From positions 5,218-69,217 of the forward strand of contig JAAZDW010000021.1 of assembly GCA_012512595.1 (NCBI GenBank): a stretch of 64,000 nt of DNA, written 5' to 3'. Shown piece by piece: positions 17,508 through 29,999 of the stretch (the first letter of the stretch is position 1; each line of letters begins with the position of its first letter). The notes below the pieces were generated by a model. The model saw nothing but the letters and a program-made list of their open reading frames with translations, did no database searches and was not told where the DNA came from. Position numbers and translations under genes: made by a program. The stretch is from Erysipelothrix sp. (GTDB lineage: Bacteria; Bacillota_I; Bacilli_A; Erysipelotrichales; Erysipelotrichaceae).

Positions 17508-18441
17508 AGGCCCTCCTTTGCTCTTTTGTAAAATATTCTTCGGTTACTTTAATGTCATTATCCATTTGCTCTATGAGCTCTGTTACACTTGAAAACTTTT
17601 CTTCATCTCTAATTCTTTCTAATATGTAGAAAGTCACTTTTTGTCCATAGGTGTCTTCGCTATAATTATGAACAAAGGATTCTATTGATTTATGTTTTAC
17701 TGTATTAATTGTCGGGTTGTGTCCAATGTTTATCGTAGACACATATTTTTTACCCATTATAATTGAAATCCCAATGTAAACACCATCTTTAGGGACTATC
17801 TTACTATCTTCAATTAATAAATTCAGGGTTGGAAAGCCAATCGTCCGGCCTTTTTTTCTACCATGCATTACAAATCCATTTAATTCGTATGAATAACCTA
17901 ACAGGTTGTTTGCAACATTCATGCTACCTGCTTCTACTTGTTTTTTAATTATTGTAGAGCTAATTCTTTCGTTTATATACTTAAAGTCTTGAATTACACT
18001 TAAACCAATTTCTTCAATGGCTCTTAACGTATCTACATTGCCGCTTCCTTTATAACCAAATCGAAAATCTTCACCACAGACAAGGTGTTTGACATTCAAA
18101 GTTTTTATAACTTTTTCATAAAATAAATTTGGCTCTAGTTGTGATAACTCTGGAGTAAACCTTAATACAATCAAAACTTCTATTCCTAACTTTTTAGCAA
18201 TAGCTGCCTTTTCTTCCACTGTTGTTAATAATTTCTCTGGTTGTTTTAGTAGAACTGATTGTGGTGATGGCGAAAAGGTTATTAATGCAGGCACTAATTG
18301 TTTTAATTGCGCTTGTTTTAGTGTTTCTTTGACCAATTCTTGGTGTCCTCTATGTAAACCATCAAAAAAGCCAATTGCAGCTACTAATGGTTTAAACTCT
18401 ATAGTCAATCTACTGTTTAATTCAAAATGTACTATTTTCAT
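17488..18441 (-). CDS. ribF: Bifunctional riboflavin kinase / FMN adenylyltransferase
   Basis: It has GFFDGLHRGHQ, GYKGSG and GFPTLN motifs. ATG at 18441 is preferred over 18450 on SD spacing. Confidence 0.9.
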   Translation of the reverse strand: MKIVHFELNSRLTIEFKPLVAAIGFFDGLHRGHQELVKETLKQAQLKQLVPALITFSPSPQSVLLKQPEKLLTTVEEKAAIAKKLGIEVLIVLRFTPELSQLEPNLFYEKVIKTLNVKHLVCGEDFRFGYKGSGNVDTLRAIEEIGLSVIQDFKYINERISSTIIKKQVEAGSMNVANNLLGYSYELNGFVMHGRKKGRTIGFPTLNLLIEDSKIVPKDGVYIGISIIMGKKYVSTINIGHNPTINTVKHKSIESFVHNYSEDTYGQKVTFYILERIRDEEKFSSVTELIEQMDNDIKVTEEYFTKEQRRAFDIEII

Positions 18442-18443
18442 AT

Positions 18444-19283
18444 TTACCATAACCCTCTTTTTGATTTAAATATATTTTCTTCTACTCTTTCATAAAAAGC
18501 CATGATTTTATTTTCTACTTCTATTAAGACTAAGTCATCCTTTGTATATATTTCTATTTTTCTACCGTTAATTATATCCGATAAGTTTTCATATTTATAT
18601 ATTGGGTATTTGCTTAGAGCCCGTCTTGGATCCACAATTTTATATTGCTTATTTCTTAACTCTGATATTGTGTTTGCCTCTTCTAAAGTAAATTCTCCTA
18701 TTTTAGTTCTTACTAAAGATGTCATCGTCCCAACCGTGTCTAATTTATTCGCGATATCTAAACAAAGAGTTCTAATGTATGTTCCAGAGGAACAAGCAAC
18801 CCTTATTTTAATTGTATGATCATAGTCCAAAAGTTCTATTTCATAAATTTCTATTTCACGCTTTGGTATTTCTATTACTTGATTTGCTCTAGCAAGTTCA
18901 TAAAGTTTTTTACCTTGAATTTTAATAGCTGAATACATGGGTGGTCTTTGCATTTGTTTACCTTTAAACGATTCTAAAACTTGTTTAAAATCAGCCTTTG
19001 TTGGCTTTATGTAATCTTCTTCTTTAGTAATTTTTCCCCAAATATCTAAAGTGTCTGTCAAAACACCTAATTTCATCTCTAAAACATACTCTTTATCGTC
19101 AGTTTGTAGATAATTAACCAACTTGGTTGCCTTTCCAAATGCCATTACCATTAAACCGGTTGCATTTGGATCTAGAGTTCCTGTGTGCCCTACTCTTTTC
19201 ATATCAAGTTGTCTTCTAACTATATTAACCAAGTCGTGAGATGTCATATCAACTTCTTTATTTAATAGTAGCAATCCGTTCAT
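18444..19283 (-). CDS. truB: tRNA pseudouridine(55) synthase
   Basis: 279 aa. It has the catalytic GHTGTLDP motif and YSAIK. Confidence 0.95.
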   Translation of the reverse strand: MNGLLLLNKEVDMTSHDLVNIVRRQLDMKRVGHTGTLDPNATGLMVMAFGKATKLVNYLQTDDKEYVLEMKLGVLTDTLDIWGKITKEEDYIKPTKADFKQVLESFKGKQMQRPPMYSAIKIQGKKLYELARANQVIEIPKREIEIYEIELLDYDHTIKIRVACSSGTYIRTLCLDIANKLDTVGTMTSLVRTKIGEFTLEEANTISELRNKQYKIVDPRRALSKYPIYKYENLSDIINGRKIEIYTKDDLVLIEVENKIMAFYERVEENIFKSKRGLW

Positions 19284-19335
19284 AGTTCACCTATACCTTT
19301 ATAATTATAACAAATAACTTCTTTAAAACCTTTTG

Positions 19336-19785
19336 TCATCTTTTGTTTTTTAAAAAATCTTCAATGATTTTTTTGCACTTTTGTTCTAAAACTTTAGTCT
19401 TTACAATCAATTGATGGTTATGATTATTTTCAAATATATGTTTTGAACTAATAACTGCTCCATCTTTATTGTCTAACGTCCCTATTACAACTTTTCTTAT
19501 TCTGGATTGGACAATTGCACTTGCACACATTGCACATGGTTCTAATGTCACATACAGGTCACATTCACTTAATCTCCAGCTATTTAAATGTTTGGAAGCT
19601 GCATTAATCGCGATTATCTCTGCATGATCAGTCGCTGTTTGATTCGTCTCTTTTAAATTATGTGCTTGCGCGATAACTGTATCTTTATAAACTATGACAC
19701 ATCCAACTGGGATTTCATTTAGTTTATAAGCCATTTTGGCTTGTTCTAAGGCTTTTTGCATATATTTTTCTTCGTTATTATTCAT
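19336..19785 (-). CDS. tadA: tRNA-specific adenosine deaminase
   Basis: 149 aa. It has the deaminase zinc motifs HAEIIAI and PCAMCA. Confidence 0.9.
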   Translation of the reverse strand: MNNNEEKYMQKALEQAKMAYKLNEIPVGCVIVYKDTVIAQAHNLKETNQTATDHAEIIAINAASKHLNSWRLSECDLYVTLEPCAMCASAIVQSRIRKVVIGTLDNKDGAVISSKHIFENNHNHQLIVKTKVLEQKCKKIIEDFLKNKR

Positions 19786-19858
19786 GCAATCCCTCCCTTG
19801 TTATTGTCTGTGCTTATACATTGTATCACACCAAAAGTCATATTTTCCCATATAAAAA

Positions 19859-19932
19859 GGCACACACAAATATTGGTTGAGTAAGGCTGCTTCCTTCCGG
19901 ACCTGACCTGATTACAACATACTTGTTGTGCC
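19859..19932 (-). ncRNA. ffs: Signal recognition particle RNA, short (4.5S-like) form
   Basis: The minus strand reads GGCACAACAAG...CAGGUCAGGUCCGGAAGGAAGCAGCC...UUUGUGUGUGCC. This is the universally conserved domain IV motif, with 5' and 3' ends that pair, followed by UUUUUAU. The 67-aa ORF 19782-19985 over it is spurious. Confidence 0.85.
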
Positions 19933-19938
19933 ATAGTT

Positions 19939-19967
19939 ATTATACAATTATGCTTAGTAAAAATCAA
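19939..19967 (-). promoter_or_regulatory. Sigma-A type promoter of the SRP RNA
   Basis: On the minus strand: TTGATT, a 17-nt spacer, then TATAAT. The -10 ends 6 nt upstream of the predicted RNA 5' G. Confidence 0.7.
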
Positions 19968-20025
19968 ATTTATGTAACATTTCAACCTTTATTCAAAAAG
20001 GCCTTAAAATGTTTCACGTGTAACA

Positions 20026-21309
20026 TTACTTAGGTTTTATTATTTCTTGACCACCCATATATGGTCTTAGTGCTTTTGGTATATTAACTGAGCCATCCTC
20101 GTTAACATTATTTTCAAAAAACGCAATTAACATTCTTGGAGGTGCCACTACCGTATTATTTAAAGTGTGCGGGTAGTAGTTTTCTTCTTCACCATCTACT
20201 CTAATTTTAAGTCTTCTTGATTGAGCATCTCCTAGGTTAGAAGCACTACAAACTTCAAAGTATTTATCCTGTCTTGGGCTGTATGCTTCAACATCAACAC
20301 TTTTAACTTTTAAGTCTGCCAAATCTCCACTACAGCACTCTATCACTCTTACAGGTATATCTAATTGTAAAAATAATTCGACAGAGTACTTGTAAAGTTT
20401 GTCGAACCATTCTTTACTATCTTTAGGGTCACATACGACTACCATCTCTTGTTTTTCAAACTGATGTACACGATAAACGCCTCTTTCTTCGATTCCATGG
20501 GCACCTACTTCTTTTCTAAAACACGGAGAAAAGCTAGTGATTGTTTGAGGAAGGGTGTTTCTATCAATTATAGTATCCATGAATTTACCGATAGTGGAAT
20601 GTTCACTTGTACCAATCAGATATAAGTCTTCCCCCTCAATTTTGTACATCATATTATTCATTTCTTCAAAACTCATAACTCCACTTACAACCTCTTCACG
20701 AATAAGATATGGTGGAATACAATAAGTGAATCCCTTCGCTATCATAAACTCTCTCGCAAAGGACAAAACTGCTGTGTGTACTCTAGCTACGTCTCCCATT
20801 AAGTAGTAAAAACCTGACCCACTTGTCTTCCTTGCGCTTTCGAGGTCTAAGCCGCCCAATTTTTCCATTATGTCAGCGTGGTATGGGATTTCGAAATCCA
20901 ACTCTCTTGGTTTCCCATGAACTTCAATTACAACATTTTCGCTATCATCTCTACCAATTGGTACACTATCATCAATAATATTTGGTAAGGTCATCATAAT
21001 TGTTTTATATCTTGCTTGTTTTACCTCAAGATCTGCCTCTAAATTAATTAATTCTAAACCCAACTCTTTTACCTGTGCTTTTTTAGCTTCTGCTTCTTCT
21101 TTTAAACCCGTTTGCATAAGTTTTCCTATTTCTTTGCTAAAAGTATTTCTATTTGAACGTAGTATATCGCCTTTTGTTTGAATTTTCCTAAGTTCGATGT
21201 CTAATTCAATAACTTCATCGACAAGTGGTAACCTTTCCTCTTGAAATTTTTTGCGTAGATTTTCTTTAACTACTTCTGGCGTTTCTCTAATAATTTTAAT
21301 GTCTAACAT
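20026..21309 (-). CDS. serS: Seryl-tRNA synthetase
   Basis: 427 aa. It has an N-terminal coiled-coil arm and class II motifs (FRKE, GTSEH, RMLIAFFEN). Confidence 0.95.
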   Translation of the reverse strand: MLDIKIIRETPEVVKENLRKKFQEERLPLVDEVIELDIELRKIQTKGDILRSNRNTFSKEIGKLMQTGLKEEAEAKKAQVKELGLELINLEADLEVKQARYKTIMMTLPNIIDDSVPIGRDDSENVVIEVHGKPRELDFEIPYHADIMEKLGGLDLESARKTSGSGFYYLMGDVARVHTAVLSFAREFMIAKGFTYCIPPYLIREEVVSGVMSFEEMNNMMYKIEGEDLYLIGTSEHSTIGKFMDTIIDRNTLPQTITSFSPCFRKEVGAHGIEERGVYRVHQFEKQEMVVVCDPKDSKEWFDKLYKYSVELFLQLDIPVRVIECCSGDLADLKVKSVDVEAYSPRQDKYFEVCSASNLGDAQSRRLKIRVDGEEENYYPHTLNNTVVAPPRMLIAFFENNVNEDGSVNIPKALRPYMGGQEIIKPK

Positions 21310-21330
21310 TTTAATCTCTCCTTATGTAAT

Positions 21331-21532
21331 AAAAAAAGATACCGTCAGGGACGATATCTCGCGTTGCCACCCTTTTTCATTGTTTCACGTGAAACAATCT
21401 CAAAGTTATAACGTAACTACCGGGACTGTGCCATGCAAGACAGGAGATTTCATTAGGTTGATGAATAACTTTCACCAATTGTCATTTCTCTGAACATCAA
21501 CTTTTAACTACTTTGCTGTCTTATTGCTATTA
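21331..21532 (-). promoter_or_regulatory. T-box leader (tRNA-sensing riboswitch) of serS
   Basis: The minus strand carries the T-box sequence AGGGUGGCAACGCG (21360-21373). A terminator follows immediately (GAGAUAUCGUC-CCUG-ACGGUAUCUUUUUUU). Upstream there is AGAGA/GGUGAAAG stem I material. Ser codons UCU/UCC sit in GAAAUCUCC as candidate specifiers, which I did not resolve. Confidence 0.8.
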
Positions 21533-21538
21533 GTATAA

Positions 21539-21567
21539 ATTGTACAACACCTAACTATTTTGGTCAA
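21539..21567 (-). promoter_or_regulatory. Promoter of the serS T-box leader
   Basis: On the minus strand: TTGACC, a 17-nt spacer, then TACAAT. The -35 lies in the last codons of gyrA. Confidence 0.6.
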
Positions 21568-24052
21568 TTTGAATATTGTCCGCTTCCTTAGAATTTTGAA
21601 CATTTTCAAAGTCTTCTTCGTCTTCTCTTATGATTGCTACAGCTGAAACTTTGCCGCCATCATTTAAGTTAATCAATTTAACTCCTTGTGTATTACGGCT
21701 GTAAGTTCCCACATCTGCTACCGAAATTCTAATGATAATTCCATCATCTGAAATTATCATCATTTCTTCATTTCCATCAACTGCCCTTAAAGCAACTAGT
21801 GATCCATTTCTTTCGGTTAATTGAATTGATCTAACACCCTTTCCGCCTCTTTTTGTCAGACGGTAGTCTTCTAGTGGTGTTTTTTTACCATAACCGTTCT
21901 CTGTAATAGAAAGAATGTATTTTCCTGTTGTATCGGTTGCCATCCCAACTACTTCGGAGCCATCTGTATTAAACCCAATAACTCCAAAAGCATTTCTACC
22001 CATTGGTCTTGCGTCGTTTTCGTCAAATCTGACTGCTTTTCCATTTGAACCACCTATTATGATTTGATTTTCGCCTGTTGTGTGTCTTACTGCGACTAAC
22101 TCATCATCATCTTTAAGTGAAATGGCTATTTTTCCTGTTTGTCTGATAGAGTTAAACTCGCTCATTTCTACTCTTTTCACTAAACCAGATTTTGTAACAA
22201 AAACCAAATATTTCATTTCTTCTTCTCTGGCAGCAAGAATTGTGTTTACTTTTTCACTATCATCTAAGTCAATTAAATTAACAATAGGAATACCTTTTGA
22301 TGTTCTACTTGAAGCTGGTACTCGATAACCTTTTATTCTATATACCTTGCCTTTATTAGTAAAAATCATTAAATCATCATGTGTCGACATTTTGATTATG
22401 GAATCTACCGCATCATCATCGTGCATACCCATACCTTTAATTCCTCTGCCACCACGGTGTTGAAGTCGGTAAGTATCATCGCTCACGCGCTTGATATAGC
22501 CGTTTGAAGTAAGTGTAACAAAAATACTTTGTACTGGAATTAAATCTTCATCTTCCATATCAATCTCCGCTTCGGAAATTTCACTTCTTCTTGCATCTCC
22601 AAACTTTTCTTTAATTTCTCTTAAATCATCCTTTATAATAGTTTCAACACGTTCTTTATTTTCTAAAATATCTTTTAAGTCTGCAATTTCAATAAGTAAG
22701 TCTTTATGTTCTAACTCTATTCTATCTCTTGATAAACCTGTTAATCTGCGTAACTGCATTTCTAAAATTGCTTTTGTTTGAGTTTCACTAAGACTAAATC
22801 TCTTTATCATTCTTTCTTGAGCTTGGGCGTCATCATCTGATGATCGAATTATCGAAATAATTTCATCAATATTATCCAAGGCTATAATAAGCCCCTCTAA
22901 AATATGAGCTCTTGCTTGTGCTCTTTCTAAATCAAACTTGGTCATTCGCTCAACAACTTCAATTTGATGCTTTATATAATATTCTAGGGCTTGTTTTATA
23001 TTTAAAACTCTAGGCTCATTATTTACTAGCGCTAGCATATTGACTCCAAAAGTTGACTGTAAAGCCGTCATTCTGTAAAGTTGATTTAAAATAACCTCTT
23101 CTTGGACATCTCTTCTAAGTTCAATTACAACTCTAATGCCATTACGGTTTGATTCATCTCTTAAGTCTGAAATACCCTCAATTGCTTTATCTCTTACTAA
23201 TTGTGCAATTCTTTCTACCAATCGTGACTTGTTTACTTGGTACGGTATTTCTGTAACGACAAGTCTTGTTCTATTTGGCGATAATTCTTCTGAATGAATT
23301 TTTGCTCGCATAACAACCGAGCCCCGTCCTGTCTCAAAAGCTTTTTTTATTCCTGATCGTCCTAAAATATACCCACCTGTTGGAAAGTCTGGACCATAAA
23401 TATAGTTTTCCATCAATTCTAAAATCGTTATTTCAGGGTTTTCCATTATCGCGATTGTAGCATCTATGGTTTCACCCAAATTATGTGGTGGAATGTTTGT
23501 GGCCATACCTACAGCAATTCCTGTCGTACCATTGACAATTAGATTAGGAAATCTTGACGGTAAAACAGATGGCTCTGTTTCTTCTCCATCATAGTTATCT
23601 CTAAAGTTAACTGTATTCTTATTTAAATCTCTAAGCATCTCCATTGATATTTTAGACATCCGAGCCTCTGTATAACGCATTGCAGCTGCTCCATCACCAT
23701 CAATCGATCCAAAGTTTCCATGTCCATCAACTAGCTCATACCTAAATGAAAAATCTTGTGACATTCTAACCATTGACTCATAAATTGCGGAGTCTCCATG
23801 AGGGTGATACTTACCCATAACATCCCCAACAATTCTTGCTGATTTTTTATAAGGACGATCACTATACATACCTAAGTCATTCATTGTATAAAGTATTCTT
23901 CTATGTACAGGTTTTAGACCATCTCTAACGTCTGGTAGCGCTCTTGAGACAATTACAGACATCGAGTAATCTAAAAACGATTTTTTCATTTCCTTGGAAA
24001 TATCTCTCTTTTTAATTCTACCATGATTTATTGGTTCGTTTTTTTGATTCAT
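21551..24052 (-). CDS. gyrA: DNA gyrase subunit A
   Basis: 833 aa. It has the [10 protein letters not shown] active-site Tyr region, HPHGDSAIY (QRDR) and C-terminal beta-pinwheel repeats. Confidence 0.97.
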   Translation of the reverse strand: MNQKNEPINHGRIKKRDISKEMKKSFLDYSMSVIVSRALPDVRDGLKPVHRRILYTMNDLGMYSDRPYKKSARIVGDVMGKYHPHGDSAIYESMVRMSQDFSFRYELVDGHGNFGSIDGDGAAAMRYTEARMSKISMEMLRDLNKNTVNFRDNYDGEETEPSVLPSRFPNLIVNGTTGIAVGMATNIPPHNLGETIDATIAIMENPEITILELMENYIYGPDFPTGGYILGRSGIKKAFETGRGSVVMRAKIHSEELSPNRTRLVVTEIPYQVNKSRLVERIAQLVRDKAIEGISDLRDESNRNGIRVVIELRRDVQEEVILNQLYRMTALQSTFGVNMLALVNNEPRVLNIKQALEYYIKHQIEVVERMTKFDLERAQARAHILEGLIIALDNIDEIISIIRSSDDDAQAQERMIKRFSLSETQTKAILEMQLRRLTGLSRDRIELEHKDLLIEIADLKDILENKERVETIIKDDLREIKEKFGDARRSEISEAEIDMEDEDLIPVQSIFVTLTSNGYIKRVSDDTYRLQHRGGRGIKGMGMHDDDAVDSIIKMSTHDDLMIFTNKGKVYRIKGYRVPASSRTSKGIPIVNLIDLDDSEKVNTILAAREEEMKYLVFVTKSGLVKRVEMSEFNSIRQTGKIAISLKDDDELVAVRHTTGENQIIIGGSNGKAVRFDENDARPMGRNAFGVIGFNTDGSEVVGMATDTTGKYILSITENGYGKKTPLEDYRLTKRGGKGVRSIQLTERNGSLVALRAVDGNEEMMIISDDGIIIRISVADVGTYSRNTQGVKLINLNDGGKVSAVAIIREDEEDFENVQNSKEADNIQIDQNS

Positions 24053-24061
24053 AATTTCCTC

Positions 24062-27057
<2,996 letters not shown>

Positions 27058-27068
<11 letters not shown>

Positions 27069-27264
27069 ATTCAATTGTAATTTTTCGTTCATTTACAATT
27101 ACAACATCTTTAGGATACAATTTACGTCCTCTTCTTCTTTCAACTTCATCATTTACTAAAATATCTGTTTCATTGAGTAAGTATTTTATATCCCCACCAG
27201 ACATCGCAATCCCTGCAAATTTCAGTAATTGACCTAAGGTTATATACTCTGTATTTATCTTCAT
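27058..27264 (-). CDS. yaaA: S4-domain RNA-binding protein YaaA
   Basis: About 68 aa starting at MKINTEYITLGQLLK, with an AAGGAG SD. It sits in the conserved position between dnaN and recF. Confidence 0.8.
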
Positions 27265-27339
27265 TAACTCACTCCTTATAATCTCTTTATCCTTACTCAT
27301 TATAGCATAAAACACCTTTTAAATCCATTTTAAGCAAAA

Positions 27340-27369
27340 TAAAAAAAACTAATACGATTGTATTAGTTT
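27340..27369 (-). terminator. Intrinsic terminator after dnaN
   Basis: On the minus strand: AACUAAUAC-AAUC-GUAUUAGUU followed by U8. It overlaps the dnaN stop. Confidence 0.65.
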
Positions 27370-28489
27370 AGTAGTTTGTTCTTACTGGTAAAATTAAATG
27401 CGTACTAGACTGATTGTCTGTTTGTCGCACAATAAATGGTTTCATTTCACCTTCAAATGAAATTATGAGTTCTGGACCTTCTAAAGCTCTAATAGCATCA
27501 TATAAAAATTTACCACTAAAGGATATTTTAATTGGATTACCACTAAAATCATAGTTTGCAATTTCTTCTACAGATGATCCTACTTCTTGTGATTGACTAG
27601 AAACTATAAATTCATTTTCTGAAATTTGAAAATTAACAATTGATACTCCATCTGCACTTTTTATAAATGAAGCTCGATCAATAGCATTTAATAAATCTCT
27701 ACTATCGATTGTTATAATTGTTTGATATTCATTTGGTATAAAACGGGCGGTATCTGGAAAAATACCATCAATTAATCTATTTTGAATTATCATATCTTCA
27801 AAATAAAATTGAACTTTTTTATCCGAAACAGCAATTTTTATATCTGAATTTTTATCAATAATTCTTGCAATTTTAGTTAATGAATTTGCTGGAATAGTAA
27901 AGTTAATTCCTTCTTCACAATCTATTTCAATATATTTTCTAGCTAAACGATTACTATCAGTTGCAGCAAATGTTAATTTTGAATTATCACAGCTTATATT
28001 TACACCTGTTAGGATTGGTCTGTTTTCTCTATCACTTGCACAAAATCCAGTTTGAACGATTAATTGTTGTAATTCACTAGAATTTATTTTAATTTCATCA
28101 CTTGGCTTACTAAAATCTATAAGTGGATAATCTGACGACTTAACTCCATTAATTTTAAATTCTGTGTTTCTTCCACTGAATTTTGTTAGTGAATCATTAA
28201 TAATTTGTACTTCTATTTCATTTGAATCAATTTTTCTAACTATATCTAAAATATACCTAGCTTCAATAACAATTGATCCTTCATTAAATATTTGTAAATT
28301 ATTTTCTTCATTAGATTTAATTCTTTTAATTATAGACATATCAGAGTCACTAGCTATTAATTCAATTTCATTATTGAATACAGTTAATTTAATTCCAGAT
28401 AATGCAGGAATTGGTGAACTAGCAGAAATAGCTCTTGAAACCTTATCTAATGATTCATAAAATACTTTTTTTGAAATTTTAAAATGCAT
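27368..28489 (-). CDS. dnaN: DNA polymerase III beta sliding clamp
   Basis: 373 aa. It has a three-domain clamp pattern, a typical LILPVR C-terminal motif, and sits directly after dnaA. Confidence 0.95.
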   Translation of the reverse strand: MHFKISKKVFYESLDKVSRAISASSPIPALSGIKLTVFNNEIELIASDSDMSIIKRIKSNEENNLQIFNEGSIVIEARYILDIVRKIDSNEIEVQIINDSLTKFSGRNTEFKINGVKSSDYPLIDFSKPSDEIKINSSELQQLIVQTGFCASDRENRPILTGVNISCDNSKLTFAATDSNRLARKYIEIDCEEGINFTIPANSLTKIARIIDKNSDIKIAVSDKKVQFYFEDMIIQNRLIDGIFPDTARFIPNEYQTIITIDSRDLLNAIDRASFIKSADGVSIVNFQISENEFIVSSQSQEVGSSVEEIANYDFSGNPIKISFSGKFLYDAIRALEGPELIISFEGEMKPFIVRQTDNQSSTHLILPVRTNY

Positions 28490-28631
28490 TGTATTTCCTC
28501 CTTTTATATACTTCTTTAAATGCTAATAGTAATAAGGGCTGTGGATAACGTGGATAACTCCATTATATCCCGTATATATAGTCTATATTACCATTATTTA
28601 CTGTTAATATAAAGTTAATTAGTGTGTATAA
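28490..28631. other. oriC part 2 (dnaA-dnaN spacer): tandem DnaA boxes, GC cluster, DnaA-trio-like repeats and an AT-rich stretch
   Basis: TGTGGATAA is at 28540-28548 and CGTGGATAA at 28549-28557. They are preceded by GGGC (28536-28539) and TAA TAG TAA TAA (28524-28535). AT-rich sequence then runs to the dnaN start. Confidence 0.7.
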
Positions 28632-29999
28632 CTATTGATTCAACATTTTTCTTTCTATTTCATTTATAGCGATTTGATAGCTTGCTTCCTTTTTTAAAAG
28701 TTTTTGTATTTTATCATAAGCACTAACAACAGTTGAGTGATCTCTACCTCCAATTTCATCTCCAATTTTTGCAAACGATATATCTAAGTGTTTTCTAATT
28801 AGATACATTGAAATATGTCTAGCATTTACAATAATTCTGGTTCTATTTTTGGAATCAATTTGTCTAACTGTTAAACCATAGTATGTAGCGACACTATCTT
28901 TGATTGATTCAACACTCAAGGTGTCTCTTTCTCTACTAGTTTGATTATGAAAGGCTTTTGTTGCAACTTCCATAGTAATTCGATCATTATCGGCAAAATT
29001 TATAGAATAAAATATTAGCCGATTTAAAGCTCCTTCTAATTTTCTAACATCCTTGGAAAAATGTGTTGCTAAATATGAAAGTACTTCATCATCAATATTG
29101 TCAGGATTTATCATTTGAAGTTCTAACTTTTTATCTAAGATAGCTTTCGCTACTTCAAATTCAGGCGAATCAAGACCTACTGATAATCCAGAATAAAAAC
29201 GACTAATTAATCTTTCTTCTAAGCCTTTTATTTCGGTAGGATGTTTATCACTCGTCAAAACAATTTGTTTTTTATTATTTACTAGTTCATTAAAAATATA
29301 GAAAAATATTTCATGTGACTTTTCCTTTCCAGCTAAAAACTGGATGTCATCCACTAATAAAATATCTAATTTATACATGTCTTGCTTAAATTCTTCAATT
29401 CTATTTTTTTTAAAACTATCAACAACTCTTGTGATGAAATCATTACTCGTTATATACATTATTTTTAAGTCATTTTTGTGTTTTTTTGCATAATTACCAA
29501 TTGAATGAAGTAAATGCGTCTTACCAAGACCAGAATTGCCAAAAATAAACAAAGGATTATAAAAATGGCCAGGACTTAAAGCACTAGCTAGTGCTGCAGA
29601 GTGACTTTCCTTATTACTATCTCCAACAACAAAATTATCAAAATTATATTGACTTTGAATATTGTCACTCAGATCAATTTCTAAGGGAAGTGTCATAAAT
29701 TTATTAGTTTCTTGCTGATTACCTATTAATGTATCGAGTTCATCTTTATTATAAACCTCAACCTTATATTGTTCTTCCAATACTATCGATGTTTTCTCGG
29801 CAATTAGTTCAATCATTTCCATAAAAACCATTTTTTGAAGATTGTTGTCGACTTTTACTAAAACTTTATTATTATCAGTTATTTTGTATATTGTAGACTC
29901 CTTAAAATAAGTGTTGTAGACAATTGAGTCAACACTTTTTTCAATTTCAATAAGGATGTCTCTCCAAATCTTATTTAAGTGACCATTAGCCTGTTTCAT
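28632..29999 (-). CDS. dnaA: Chromosomal replication initiator protein DnaA
   Basis: 455 aa. It has AAA+ GNSGLGKTHLLHSIGN, the box VII region and a C-terminal HTH (GGRDHSTV). Confidence 0.97.
   Translation of the reverse strand: MKQANGHLNKIWRDILIEIEKSVDSIVYNTYFKESTIYKITDNNKVLVKVDNNLQKMVFMEMIELIAEKTSIVLEEQYKVEVYNKDELDTLIGNQQETNKFMTLPLEIDLSDNIQSQYNFDNFVVGDSNKESHSAALASALSPGHFYNPLFIFGNSGLGKTHLLHSIGNYAKKHKNDLKIMYITSNDFITRVVDSFKKNRIEEFKQDMYKLDILLVDDIQFLAGKEKSHEIFFYIFNELVNNKKQIVLTSDKHPTEIKGLEERLISRFYSGLSVGLDSPEFEVAKAILDKKLELQMINPDNIDDEVLSYLATHFSKDVRKLEGALNRLIFYSINFADNDRITMEVATKAFHNQTSRERDTLSVESIKDSVATYYGLTVRQIDSKNRTRIIVNARHISMYLIRKHLDISFAKIGDEIGGRDHSTVVSAYDKIQKLLKKEASYQIAINEIERKMLNQ

Noticed and set aside
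19782-19985. A 67-aa ORF lies between tadA and serS.
   Set aside because: It is overlaid by a promoter-driven SRP RNA gene with the invariant domain IV motif. The ORF has no SD and a Cys-rich nonsense composition.
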